64,000 nt of DNA. Origin: a virus. Below are positions 46,784-56,408 of this stretch, piece after piece. The stretch lies in the IMG/VR virus record IMGVR_UViG_3300029374_000315, positions 17,327 through 81,326 of that record; one strand, 5' to 3'. Numbering within the stretch: position 1 is the first letter of the stretch; every line of letters starts with the position of its first letter. Position numbers and translations under genes: made by a program. The notes under the pieces are model-generated. The model was given only the letters and a program-made list of their open reading frames with translations, was not told the DNA's origin and made no database searches.

Positions 46784-46948
46784 GTGAAAGATACGATTAA
46801 GATGTGGATCGCTTTCATTAAGATTTTTAAGGATTATCTTATTGCGGTCGGAATTATGATTGCGTTGTGGCTGTTGTCTTGCCTTGTCAAGTATGGGATC
46901 TCAGTATCCAACTTCCCAGATTGGTTTAAGTTTGCACTTCTAAAATAA
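46784..46948 (+). CDS. small membrane protein (54 aa)
   Basis: GTG after GAGGTGAGG; single TM helix LIAVGIMIALWLLSCLV; not in ORF track. Confidence 0.35.
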   Translation: MKDTIKMWIAFIKIFKDYLIAVGIMIALWLLSCLVKYGISVSNFPDWFKFALLK

Positions 46949-46959
46949 AGGAGGATTAA

Positions 46960-47184
46960 ATGGTAACCGATATTCTTAATAGAGAGATTCATGTTGGCGA
47001 CACAGTTCTTAGAGCTAGAACTCGAAATGGTCGCGGAGTTCTTTGGAGCATTCGTAAAGTTGTCTCAATTATGAACGTAATGATTAAAGTTCAAGACGGA
47101 AAGTACACAACGAATGTTGCACCAAGGAATTGCATCGTAATTGACGAGAGTGACATTCCTGAAAACTGGCAGGACGAATATTAA
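46960..47184 (+). CDS. hypothetical protein
   Basis: AAGGAGGA RBS; 74 aa. Confidence 0.5.
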   Translation: MVTDILNREIHVGDTVLRARTRNGRGVLWSIRKVVSIMNVMIKVQDGKYTTNVAPRNCIVIDESDIPENWQDEY

Positions 47185-47194
47185 GGAGAGTTGA

Positions 47195-47986
47195 ATGGTA
47201 GTTAAACTGATTACACATACTCCTGATCCTGAAAAAGTAGTAGCTGCCGCTGCAAAGCTGTGCTATTCCAATTCGAGTATTCAGGATTTGATGGATGGAC
47301 TGACCGATGAGAAGGTCGATGAGTTTCTGAATCGACTTTCTAGCCTTGGTCACGCCAGTCCTACTGAGCATGTGACTTTTACTTTTGGAATCGAAGGTGT
47401 GAGTCGTTCTTTGCTGGCACAGATCACCCGGCATCGCATTGCATCTTTCAGCGTACAGAGTCAGCGCTATGTGCGAATGAACAATGCGGAAATCGTGGTT
47501 CCTGATGTTATCGATGATGATAGCGAAGCACGAGAGGTATTTGAACAGGCGATTCAGACTGCTGAATATTCCTATAAACATCTGTGCCAGATTCTCGAAG
47601 ACAAGATTACTGAGGAATTGATGGTTGCCGATTCTCGCCTGACTGAGAAAAAGGCACGAGCAAAAGCATCAAAGATCGCAAATGAGAACGCGCGTGCTGT
47701 TCTTCCGAATGCTTGTTCTACTAAGATGATTGTTACAATGAACGCTCGTTCGTTGAATAATTTCTTTAACCTGCGTTGCTGCGAACGTGCACAGCCGGAA
47801 ATCAAAGAGCTTGCAACCGAGATGTTGAAGCTTGTCTATCCGATTGCTCCTCATCTATTTAAGTATGCTGGTCCAAATTGCTGTGGTAATGGTTGTACTG
47901 AAGGTATGATGTCTTGTGGTAAGTTCCACGAGATTCGTGATAAATACGACAAACTAAAACAGGAGGCTTTAAATGCAAACACTTGA
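47195..47986 (+). CDS. thyX: flavin-dependent thymidylate synthase
   Basis: ThyX signature RHRIASFSVQSQRY (RHRxxSxxxxSxR). Confidence 0.85.
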   Translation: MVVKLITHTPDPEKVVAAAAKLCYSNSSIQDLMDGLTDEKVDEFLNRLSSLGHASPTEHVTFTFGIEGVSRSLLAQITRHRIASFSVQSQRYVRMNNAEIVVPDVIDDDSEAREVFEQAIQTAEYSYKHLCQILEDKITEELMVADSRLTEKKARAKASKIANENARAVLPNACSTKMIVTMNARSLNNFFNLRCCERAQPEIKELATEMLKLVYPIAPHLFKYAGPNCCGNGCTEGMMSCGKFHEIRDKYDKLKQEALNANT

Positions 47987-48458
47987 CGAAATTAAGAAGA
48001 ACGTCGAGCACCCGTCTTATTACGGCGGTGCAGACAATCCCTATGAGGCTATCAAAGTGCTGCGAGAGTGGCAGTTAGACAAGGATGCTTATCTTTGGAA
48101 TGTTGGTAAGTATCTAAGCCGGGCAGGTAACAAAGATGGCAATTCTCAGCTTCAAGATTTGGCGAAGGCACGTTTTTATTTGGACCATAAAATCCGGCTT
48201 TTAGAGGAACAGCAGAAGGTTACTGAAAGTGTCGTAGATACGCTAAAGAAAGTTCCTAATGATGTTACTGATAAGTTAACTACGATGTCGGATTACGGAG
48301 ACGTATATATTCCTACTATTAGAAAGACAGTAAATGAATGCGTTCAGTATGTTCCTCGTCCTGATGATTCATTCAAAGAAAAGCTGGCAAAGGCAGAGCC
48401 GACGTGCAATATTGAGACTGCCGTGGTTCCTGATTATGCCGATGAGGTCAAGTTTTAA
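47973..48458 (+). CDS. DUF3310-like phage protein
   Basis: HPSYYGG..PYEAIKV...W..GKYLSRAG pattern typical of DUF3310 proteins. Confidence 0.4.
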   Translation: MQTLDEIKKNVEHPSYYGGADNPYEAIKVLREWQLDKDAYLWNVGKYLSRAGNKDGNSQLQDLAKARFYLDHKIRLLEEQQKVTESVVDTLKKVPNDVTDKLTTMSDYGDVYIPTIRKTVNECVQYVPRPDDSFKEKLAKAEPTCNIETAVVPDYADEVKF

Positions 48459-48544
48459 TGAGAAATGAAAACGATACATATTTAATTTTTGTTATATTTT
48501 TCTTCATTATAGTACCAGGACTTGCTTTGATGGCTTTTAGATGA
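48458..48544 (+). CDS. tiny hydrophobic peptide (28 aa)
   Basis: ATG overlapping upstream stop (TAATG); GAGGT RBS; YLIFVIFFFIIVPGLALMAF. Confidence 0.3.
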   Translation: MRNENDTYLIFVIFFFIIVPGLALMAFR

Positions 48545-48555
48545 GGTTTACATAA

Positions 48556-48651
48556 ATGAGAATGAGATACAACTGGGAAGAACCATATGCGGCATTTGCC
48601 CTGTTTGTTATAATGTTGTTTTTTGGCTTTGCCAAGTTTGTTTTAAAATAA
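48556..48651 (+). CDS. tiny hydrophobic peptide (31 aa)
   Basis: GAGGT RBS 9 nt upstream; AAFALFVIMLFFGFAKFVL TM segment. Confidence 0.3.
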   Translation: MRMRYNWEEPYAAFALFVIMLFFGFAKFVLK

Positions 48652-48666
48652 TCAAGGAGAAAATAC

Positions 48667-50190
48667 ATGAATATGATGTTTATTGCAGTTCCTGTCGTTG
48701 TTATCCTTTTGGTTGCCTTTGCATTTACTTGTTATAAGAAGGCTCCTCCGACTCAGGCAATCGTTGTGACCGGCTTTGGACTGTCTAAGCCGAAGGTTAT
48801 CTGTGGTCGTGGAGTGTTCGTCCTGCCTGTTATTCAGCGAGCTGATCGTCTGAATATGCGACTGCTCAAGATTGATGTCAAGACTCCTGAGACCGGTGTT
48901 AAGACTAAAGAGGGCGTTTCTTTGTGGTTGGACTCTGTTGTTACTGTTCAGGTTTACTCTGAAAACTCTACTGTAACTGATGAAGAAATCAAGAGTGCGG
49001 GCTGTGCAGATGCTAAAACCTATATCAGTGCCCGTCAGCAGGCTGCTATTTCTAACTTCCTTGGCATGAGTGAAGATGGTATCAACGAGAAGATTAACGA
49101 TGTCCTTCAGGGCAATCTGCGTGAGATTGTTTCCGAAATGACTGTCAACGACATTCTGACTAACCGTAAGCAGATGGCTATCTCTGTTGTTGAGAATGCT
49201 CGTCCTGATCTTGCAAAGATGGGTCTGGAGGTTGTTACCTTTAATGTTCAGGACATCAAGGATGCTATTGACGCTCAGGGTCATAATCACGGTGTCATCG
49301 AGGCAATTGGTGTTCAGCAGGAAGAACTGGTGAAGAAACAGGCTGAGATTGCCAAGGCAGAGGCAGCTCGTGATATTGCTCGCGCAAAGGCTGATACTGC
49401 CCGTGAAGCAAACGAGAAGGAAATTGAGTCCAAGACTGCTATCGCCCAGCGCAATAATGAGTATCTGCTGGCTCAGGCCGCTCTGAAGACTAAGGCTGAT
49501 AGGGCAAATGCTGATGCCGAGGCTGCTGGTCAGATTCAGATGAACCTTCGTGACAAGGAAATTAAGGAAGCTGAAGCCGATGCAGCTATTGCACAGCAGA
49601 AAAAGATGGTTGAATTGGCTGCTAAGGAAGCAGAAGTTCGCCAGCAGAAGCTGGATGCGGAAGTTCGTAAGCAGGCAGATGCCGATTTGTATAAGCGTCA
49701 GAAGGAAGCTGAAGCAAAGAAGTACGAAGCAGAGCGTTCTGCAGAATCTGCAAAGTTCGCCAAGGAACAGGAAGCAGAAGGCATCCGTATGGTTGGCATG
49801 GCAGAAGCTGAGGCCATCAAGCAGAAGGGTCTTGCTGAAGCAGAAGCTATGTTGAAGAAGGCTGAAGCTTACAAGCAGTACAATGGTGCGGCTATGGGTG
49901 AAATGATCATCAAGATTCTGCCTAACATCGCAGCTGAGGTTGCAAAGCCGCTGGCCTCCATCGATAAGGTTTCTATTATCGGCAGTAATGCAAATGGCGT
50001 TTCTGAGATTTCCGGTAATGTTCCGGCAGTAATGGCTCAGACCTTTGAGGCCGTTCGTGAAGCAACTGGCATCGATATGAAGGAAATTGTCCGTGCTAAC
50101 AGCTATGATGCAAAGGTTACTAAGAATGTGAATCTTGTGAGCGATTCTACGATTGTTTCTGAAAAGAACGATGCGCAGGATGCTGAGTAA
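48667..50190 (+). CDS. flotillin-like SPFH/band-7 domain protein
   Basis: N-terminal TM; SPFH core IVVTGFG...VLPVIQRADRLNMRLLKIDV; C-terminal EA-rich flotillin-type coiled coil. Confidence 0.8.
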   Translation: MNMMFIAVPVVVILLVAFAFTCYKKAPPTQAIVVTGFGLSKPKVICGRGVFVLPVIQRADRLNMRLLKIDVKTPETGVKTKEGVSLWLDSVVTVQVYSENSTVTDEEIKSAGCADAKTYISARQQAAISNFLGMSEDGINEKINDVLQGNLREIVSEMTVNDILTNRKQMAISVVENARPDLAKMGLEVVTFNVQDIKDAIDAQGHNHGVIEAIGVQQEELVKKQAEIAKAEAARDIARAKADTAREANEKEIESKTAIAQRNNEYLLAQAALKTKADRANADAEAAGQIQMNLRDKEIKEAEADAAIAQQKKMVELAAKEAEVRQQKLDAEVRKQADADLYKRQKEAEAKKYEAERSAESAKFAKEQEAEGIRMVGMAEAEAIKQKGLAEAEAMLKKAEAYKQYNGAAMGEMIIKILPNIAAEVAKPLASIDKVSIIGSNANGVSEISGNVPAVMAQTFEAVREATGIDMKEIVRANSYDAKVTKNVNLVSDSTIVSEKNDAQDAE

Positions 50191-50201
50191 GAGGTGATTA
50201 C

Positions 50202-53200
50202 ATGGAATATGTGATTAAACGCGATGGAACGAAAGTTCCTTTTGATAAAAGTAAGATTGTAAATGCAATCGAGAAGGCGATGAATGATTCCTCAGATCCT
50301 GTTGACCACAAGCTGAGTGATAGTATTGCATCGGAAATCGCAGCAATCGATTCTACTATGGATGTAGAAGCAATTCAGAATGCAGTTGAAAATCGCCTTA
50401 TGCAGAGTGGTTACTATGAGACAACTCGTTCTTATATGAACTATCGGTATCTGCATGGTATTGCTCGCAGCAACTACAAGGAGCTGATGGATGCGGTTGA
50501 AGAAAAACTTCTTGGCAAGAAGATTGATAATCAGAATGCCAATGTCGATGAAGCATCTTTTGGCGGTCGTATTGGCGAGATGAGCCGGGTGGTTTCCAAG
50601 CGATATGCTCTTGACTACTGTATGTCTAAGATGGCTCGTGAGAATCACGAGAACAATGAAATTTATATCCACGATCTCGATAGCTACGCAGTTGGTATGC
50701 ATAACTGCTACGATTCCGCTACAAAGTTTATTACTCAAACTGGTGTTAAGCGTTTTGGCGACTGTACCGATGGTCAAATTGTGTATGTTCTGGATAAGAA
50801 TGGCGAGTGGAGAAAAGCAACCGTTCATAAATATGGAAAGCAGAAAATGTATGAGTTGACTTTCAAAAGTAGCCTTACTACTAAAAAAGTCACATGTACT
50901 AGAAATCATCGTTGGGTTCTTGAAAATGGAGAGGTCACTGACAATATCAATATTGGAGATTCTTTGATTCTGACCACAAAAGTGCAAAATAAATATTCAT
51001 CCAATGATAGCTTGTGGTGTTTTGGTTTTGTTCTTGGAGATGGCGTTGACTTTTATATGAAGTCAAAGGATAAGAGCAGAATCACAAACAGCAGTATGCA
51101 GGTTCGTCTTTGTGGGCATAAAATTGAATATATCAATAAATTTTTGGATAATGGCTGGTCAAAAAGACAGACACACAAAAACGGAGATATCACATTGATT
51201 TCTCGTGGGAATGGTGCTTTTAAACAGGCGTTCTTGGATAATGAATTTTGGAAGATCATGTCATATGATGACCTGTGCAATATTTTTGAAGGTTACGTTC
51301 ATGCTGATGGACATTTTAGAGAAAATGGTTCAGTAATGCTGTCAACGTCTGATCCTCGAATGAAGCACTTTATTGAAGATGTGTCATCCGTTTGCGGCTA
51401 TTACATTTGGTCTGAAAATGAGAAATTTAATGACACAAATTTTAAGGATGGCAGAACCTTATACGAGTTTTATTTGGTAAAAGAGCAGTCTACGAAATGG
51501 ACTTTGCAAAGTATTGCGGCCAGCAGAGACGGCGATAATGGGTATAAAACTGCATGGTGTGTCGAGGAGCCCGTAACAAAAACGTTTATTCTTGATGGTT
51601 GTATGACTACAGGTAACTGTTTAAGTATCCCGTTTGATGACCTGCTTGCGAATGGTTTCAACACTCGCCAGACCGATGTTCGTCCTGCACAGTCCATCAG
51701 TACGGCATTCCAGCTTGTCGCAGTCATCTTCCAGATTCAAAGTCTTCAGCAGTTCGGCGGCGTGAGCGCAACACACCTAGACTGGACTATGGTTCCTTAT
51801 GTACGGAAGAGCTTTTCGAAGCATTTTAAAGATGGGATTAAATACATTAAGCCTGAAGATGACCCCAGCAGAGTACCCAAAGAATTATCTTTTAACGACC
51901 TAGAGGCTAATGATCCAAGGAATGCAAAAGTATATCAGTACGCAATGGATATGACCAAACGTGAGTTGAACCAAGCCGTTGAAGGCATGTACCATAATCT
52001 AAATACACTCCAATCACGTAGCGGAAATCAGCTTCCGTTCACGTCTATCAACTATGGCACATGTACGTTGCCTGAAGGCCGAATGGTTATCGAAGCATTG
52101 CTAAATGCTTCCATTAAGGGTATCGGCAAATTACATAGAACTAGCATTTTCCCTTGTGGTATTTTCCAGATGGCTAAGGGAATCAATCGTGCTCCCGGAG
52201 ACCCTAATTACGATATGTATCAGCTGGCACTGCGTTCCACTGCACAGCGTCTTTATCCTAATTATGCCAATGTCGATTGGAGCGGCAATGAAGGATACGA
52301 TAAAAATAATGTAAAAACGTATTTTTCGACGATGGGCTGTAGAACTGCAAATGGTTGGGATGTCAACGGCTTTGAGCAGTTGAAGGATGGCCGAGGGAAT
52401 ATCTGTCCTGTTACGATTATTCTTCCTACTCTTGCAATGGAAGCGAAGGAATATACCATTAAAAACGCTACTGGAGAAGACCTTGAAGGACAGACTGTAG
52501 CCAAGTTTATGTCCATTCTTGACCAGAAGTTGCATGAAGCAAAAGATATGCTGATTGAACGCTTCGAGTGGATTTGCTCTCAGTCTCCTGAGTCTGCAAA
52601 ATTCATGTGGGAGAATGGAACAATGGCCGGATATGACGGAAAAGATATTCGTTCCGCTCTGAAACATGGCACGTTGGCTGTTGGTTTGCTCGGCATGGCT
52701 GAAACTCTTCAGATTTTGATTGGAGAAGATCAAACTTGTGATAATGGCCTTGAGCTTGCAAAGAAAATTTGTCAGCTCTACAAAGATCGCTGCGACGAAT
52801 TCAAGCACAAGTATTCTCTAAATTTTGGCGTGTACTTTACGCCCGCAGAAAACCTTTGTTTTACTGCCATGCAGAGATTTAAGGCAAAATATGGTGATAT
52901 TAAAAACGTTTCAGACAAAGAGTTTTTCACTAACAGTGTCCATGTTCCGGTATGGCGAGAAGTGACACCGTTTGAAAAGATCGATATTGAGTCTCAGCTT
53001 GACGGATATTCAAGCGCAGGCTGCATCGCGTATGTAGAGCTCGACTCGACTGTAAAGAATAATCTCGGTGCGCTGGAAACAATTGTGAACTATGCAATGG
53101 ATCATGACATTCCGTATTTTGCAGTGAATGTTCCAAATGATACCTGTATGGAATGCGGTTATTGTGATGAGATTGGTGATACTTGCCCTGAGTGTGGAAG

Positions 53201-53324
53201 TCATAATATTCGGCGTCTTCGTCGTGTGACGGGCTATCTCACGGGCGATTACACTACAGCTTTCAATCTTGGTAAGCAGCAAGAAGTTGAGCTTCGTGTT
53301 AAGCACAATCGAGTGATTCATTAA
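50202..53324 (+). CDS. nrdD: anaerobic ribonucleoside-triphosphate reductase (class III, NrdD) containing an intein
   Basis: N-terminal ATP-cone; C-terminal Zn ribbon CMECGYC..CPECG and glycyl-radical motif RRVTGYLTGD; 285-aa insertion with Hint and LAGLIDADG blocks. Confidence 0.85.
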   Translation: MEYVIKRDGTKVPFDKSKIVNAIEKAMNDSSDPVDHKLSDSIASEIAAIDSTMDVEAIQNAVENRLMQSGYYETTRSYMNYRYLHGIARSNYKELMDAVEEKLLGKKIDNQNANVDEASFGGRIGEMSRVVSKRYALDYCMSKMARENHENNEIYIHDLDSYAVGMHNCYDSATKFITQTGVKRFGDCTDGQIVYVLDKNGEWRKATVHKYGKQKMYELTFKSSLTTKKVTCTRNHRWVLENGEVTDNINIGDSLILTTKVQNKYSSNDSLWCFGFVLGDGVDFYMKSKDKSRITNSSMQVRLCGHKIEYINKFLDNGWSKRQTHKNGDITLISRGNGAFKQAFLDNEFWKIMSYDDLCNIFEGYVHADGHFRENGSVMLSTSDPRMKHFIEDVSSVCGYYIWSENEKFNDTNFKDGRTLYEFYLVKEQSTKWTLQSIAASRDGDNGYKTAWCVEEPVTKTFILDGCMTTGNCLSIPFDDLLANGFNTRQTDVRPAQSISTAFQLVAVIFQIQSLQQFGGVSATHLDWTMVPYVRKSFSKHFKDGIKYIKPEDDPSRVPKELSFNDLEANDPRNAKVYQYAMDMTKRELNQAVEGMYHNLNTLQSRSGNQLPFTSINYGTCTLPEGRMVIEALLNASIKGIGKLHRTSIFPCGIFQMAKGINRAPGDPNYDMYQLALRSTAQRLYPNYANVDWSGNEGYDKNNVKTYFSTMGCRTANGWDVNGFEQLKDGRGNICPVTIILPTLAMEAKEYTIKNATGEDLEGQTVAKFMSILDQKLHEAKDMLIERFEWICSQSPESAKFMWENGTMAGYDGKDIRSALKHGTLAVGLLGMAETLQILIGEDQTCDNGLELAKKICQLYKDRCDEFKHKYSLNFGVYFTPAENLCFTAMQRFKAKYGDIKNVSDKEFFTNSVHVPVWREVTPFEKIDIESQLDGYSSAGCIAYVELDSTVKNNLGALETIVNYAMDHDIPYFAVNVPNDTCMECGYCDEIGDTCPECGSHNIRRLRRVTGYLTGDYTTAFNLGKQQEVELRVKHNRVIH
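50763..51617 (+). other. intein with LAGLIDADG homing-endonuclease domain inside nrdD
   Basis: Starts CTDGQIVYVLDKNG (block A), then TCTRNHRW (block B), LAGLIDADG-like LWCFGFVLGDGVDFY and IFEGYVHADGHF, ends ...FILDGCMTTGN followed by Cys+1. Confidence 0.75.
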
Positions 53325-53354
53325 CGTGTGAGTTGTGGGTTGGTGGGATTACAT

Positions 53355-53432
53355 ATGAAAGAAATTATTGTTTTCTTTGTGATTGTATGGGTTATCGCCT
53401 ATTACATTTTAAAAGATAACTACAAAGATTGA
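53355..53432 (+). CDS. tiny hydrophobic peptide (25 aa)
   Basis: GGTGGGA RBS; MKEIIVFFVIVWVIAYYIL; not in ORF track. Confidence 0.3.
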   Translation: MKEIIVFFVIVWVIAYYILKDNYKD

Positions 53433-53442
53433 GGAGATATTT

Positions 53443-54294
53443 ATGAAGAAATTTATGGCAATTTTTGTTGCATTCCTCGTTGCGGTTGGCGCAGTGCTTT
53501 GTACCGAGCGAGTACATACTGGTTATGTTGGTGTTGTTTATTCCGCAAAGGGTGTCGAGCAGCAAACTATTTCTCAGGGCTGGCATTTTATGAGCCCTCT
53601 GAAGCATGTGTCTGAGTTCCCGATTACTCAGCAGCGAGTAGTCTTTTCTAATGCTCCGTCCGATTATGGCGCAAAGGAACACGCAGATTGGCACATTGAT
53701 GCTCCTGCTAATGGCGGTACGATTGCAATCAACCTGACTGTCAATTATAACTTCCTGCCGGAGCATGTTGTTGAACTGTACACCAAGTTTGGTGGTATGG
53801 ACGGTGAGAGCCTGATGGAGAGCAAGATCCAGAACGATATTATTGCTTACGTCAAGGAAGTTACTCCTCAGTTCAGTGTCATGCAGATTTATTCTGATGA
53901 TCGCGCAGGTGTTAATACTGCAATCACCAACTATTTGAATGAGAGGCTGACCGCAGAGTATGGAATCAATGTCTCTTCCGCACTGATTGTTGACGCACAG
54001 CCTGATGATACCCTGATGCAGAAGATTCGTGCCAAGGAGCAGGCAAAGCAGGATGCAGAGATTGCAGAGCTGAATAAGCAGACCGCTCTGGCTCAGGCAG
54101 AGACTGATAAAGTTAAGGCACAGACGGAAGCTGACGTTAAGATGATCGAAGCACAGGCCGAGGCTGATGCAAACAAGGTACTCTCGGAGTCTATTACTCC
54201 TGAACTGATTCAGATGAAGGAAGCAGAAGCTCGTCTGAAGCATGGTTGGGTCACCGTTCAGGGTGCAGATACAGTCGTCACCAAGGGTGAGTAA
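53443..54294 (+). CDS. SPFH/band-7 (prohibitin/HflK-like) membrane protein
   Basis: N-terminal TM; SPFH core GYVGVVYSAKG...GWHFMSPL; C-terminal coiled coil. Confidence 0.7.
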   Translation: MKKFMAIFVAFLVAVGAVLCTERVHTGYVGVVYSAKGVEQQTISQGWHFMSPLKHVSEFPITQQRVVFSNAPSDYGAKEHADWHIDAPANGGTIAINLTVNYNFLPEHVVELYTKFGGMDGESLMESKIQNDIIAYVKEVTPQFSVMQIYSDDRAGVNTAITNYLNERLTAEYGINVSSALIVDAQPDDTLMQKIRAKEQAKQDAEIAELNKQTALAQAETDKVKAQTEADVKMIEAQAEADANKVLSESITPELIQMKEAEARLKHGWVTVQGADTVVTKGE

Positions 54295-54308
54295 ATGAGG
54301 CTTTAAAA

Positions 54309-54479
54309 ATGAAAATTTTCGCAAATATCTTAGGATTTATTTTATCCTGGTTTATCACAGTCCTTATTCTCTACGGTGTTTGGAAAATGCTTGGGCCAAA
54401 TTTTAGACTGTGGGTTGCAAGTGGAGTCTGGTTAGTTCTACTTGTGTTTGGAGGTTTTAAAACTAACAAGAGTCAATAA
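54309..54479 (+). CDS. small two-TM membrane protein (56 aa)
   Basis: ANILGFILSWFITVLILYGVW...ASGVWLVLLVFGG; hand-translated. Confidence 0.35.
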   Translation: MKIFANILGFILSWFITVLILYGVWKMLGPNFRLWVASGVWLVLLVFGGFKTNKSQ

Positions 54480-54659
54480 ATAAACAAGCAGGGTGGGTGT
54501 GGTGGCATAAAAACATGGATGTGAAACGTATACGTCAGTTGATTCTCGAAATCATTCGAGCCATACAACAAGCGAACAATATTAGTCAAAATGAAATGGA
54601 AGATATTATTTCTGATGTTGAGTTTGATTTTTATAACGGTCGATAAAGAAAGGAGTCTT

Positions 54660-54836
54660 ATGGATTATTGGTCTGTTGAAGTAATGTACTACGATGATGG
54701 GCATCAGGAACTCAATACATATATGGTCAAAGCACAAGATCAGAATGATGCTATGAACAAGGCACATCATCGCTTTGAAAAATCTCATCCCGGTATGAGT
54801 TGTATGGTCCAGAACACAGAAAAGGTAGGTGGTTAA
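54660..54836 (+). CDS. hypothetical protein
   Basis: ATG after AAAGGAG (internal start of ORF 54591). Confidence 0.4.
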   Translation: MDYWSVEVMYYDDGHQELNTYMVKAQDQNDAMNKAHHRFEKSHPGMSCMVQNTEKVGG

Positions 54837-54837
54837 G

Positions 54838-55056
54838 ATGGAAGACGAAAATATCGTTTATGAAAACATCAATCCTGAAGATGACAACGAAAGATATTTT
54901 CTGACTCCTTGGGGTTGTCTTTGCTGTGCATTTGGAGATTTTGGCTTAAAACCTCCAGAAATCTCTGGAAAGATGGCTGATGCTCTCATGGATGATTTCT
55001 TTGAGATTATGGAAGCAACGGGTATTTTAGAGAAGAAGGGAAACGATGATTGTTAA
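54838..55056 (+). CDS. hypothetical protein
   Basis: ATG after AGGTGG. Confidence 0.4.
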   Translation: MEDENIVYENINPEDDNERYFLTPWGCLCCAFGDFGLKPPEISGKMADALMDDFFEIMEATGILEKKGNDDC

Positions 55057-55201
55057 ATTCTTAAAACATCTTCTCCGTTGGTTTCTTCCAGAGTGCAGTA
55101 GATGTGGCGGTGTTATGCTTTACGATAACACTCATAGCTTGCATGATAAATGGCACTTTGTATGTGATACATGTGGCCGTGAAAAGTGGGGTGCTTTATG
55201 A
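55046..55201 (+). CDS. zinc-ribbon protein (51 aa)
   Basis: CSRCGG...CDTCG; hand-translated; not in ORF track. Confidence 0.35.
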   Translation: MIVKFLKHLLRWFLPECSRCGGVMLYDNTHSLHDKWHFVCDTCGREKWGAL

Positions 55202-55467
55202 ATGTTGAATCAAAATGTTACTTCGATATTGGCCCCCTATTTAACCCATCATATAAGGAAGTGCTCATTATTGAAACCGATAACTGGGCGTCTTGTGAGA
55301 TTGTAAACGAAAATACTCATTATGAAGTGGAGAGCACAATAAGATACGAATACCGCAATAATGAGCAGCTTGAAATAAAACATCTTGAAGCAAAGAAGAT
55401 AAATGGAATTCCGTTGAAGAATCTTTGGATGGAAATGTATTCCAGAGAAGAATGGAGACTGTTATGA
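55198..55467 (+). CDS. hypothetical protein
   Basis: ATG overlapping upstream stop. Confidence 0.4.
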   Translation: MNVESKCYFDIGPLFNPSYKEVLIIETDNWASCEIVNENTHYEVESTIRYEYRNNEQLEIKHLEAKKINGIPLKNLWMEMYSREEWRLL

Positions 55468-55685
55468 ATTATGGTCAAACCTGTGTATACGGTGTAAGTC
55501 TATCATACATTATGGCTAACGGAAAACGCAATTTCTCATATTATGAGATTCCTGCTGACAGTGAGTATGAAGCAATCCAATATGTGCGCGGCCAATGGCA
55601 CCGGGAGCATCTATTTGCTCCTTACGAGCCAGATGTAAGCGCTCGACTTTTGTACACTAACTATTGGAGCTGTTTGAAGGCTTGA
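55464..55685 (+). CDS. hypothetical protein
   Basis: ATG after GGAGA. Confidence 0.4.
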   Translation: MNYGQTCVYGVSLSYIMANGKRNFSYYEIPADSEYEAIQYVRGQWHREHLFAPYEPDVSARLLYTNYWSCLKA

Positions 55686-55713
55686 TAAAAGTGCCGTTTT
55701 GTGAGGTAAATAT

Positions 55714-56172
55714 ATGAAGAAATGGACAAAAGACCTTCTTGAAGCTAATGGATACGAGCTGAGAAACGCATACATTAAAAATGTATCTTTTGGAATAGAA
55801 GATTACGGATTTCTTTCTCTTACACTCACTTTAGAAGGTGATGGATGGGGAGTAAATTACACAGGTCCTTCCATCGGTAGAAAATACTACATCAACGAAG
55901 AGTCTATTAAAGATGGAAATGCTGCAAATTTTGAAGGTTATGAAGACGGAGCTGAAGCTATCGTAAGGATTTTAGATGTTGTTGATTGTTCTAAACTTGA
56001 ATCACTTAAAGGAAAATACATCCGTGCAGCTATCGAAAGAGGAGAACCTGTGAAAATCATCGGTAACATCATCAAAGATCAGTGGTTTGATTACGGTTCG
56101 TTCTTCGATGATATGAAAAACAACACTGCCGATGATAAGGGTACTGAGGTAATATGGAGAAAAAATACGTAA
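55714..56172 (+). CDS. hypothetical protein
   Basis: 152 aa; GAGGTAAATAT RBS. Confidence 0.55.
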   Translation: MKKWTKDLLEANGYELRNAYIKNVSFGIEDYGFLSLTLTLEGDGWGVNYTGPSIGRKYYINEESIKDGNAANFEGYEDGAEAIVRILDVVDCSKLESLKGKYIRAAIERGEPVKIIGNIIKDQWFDYGSFFDDMKNNTADDKGTEVIWRKNT

Positions 56173-56408
56173 AAATTTTCAAATGCCGTGGATGCGATCG
56201 CAATATCATTAAAAATGATGTTGATTTATCTGCTGTTGAGGAATGGAGTCTTTCCGAAATGTTTAAAGATGGTTATGAATACGCTGAAGTGTCTGGCGGT
56301 TCTAGGCTTTCTGGACAGAATAAATTCCTGCTCCACAGGTGTGATCCAGAGAAACTTTGTATTTGTGATTTCATTGGATGGAAAGAAATTGAGGCTAAAA
56401 ATGATTAA
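56154..56408 (+). CDS. hypothetical Cys-containing protein
   Basis: CRGCDRN...C. Confidence 0.45.
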   Translation: MEKKYVKIFKCRGCDRNIIKNDVDLSAVEEWSLSEMFKDGYEYAEVSGGSRLSGQNKFLLHRCDPEKLCICDFIGWKEIEAKND

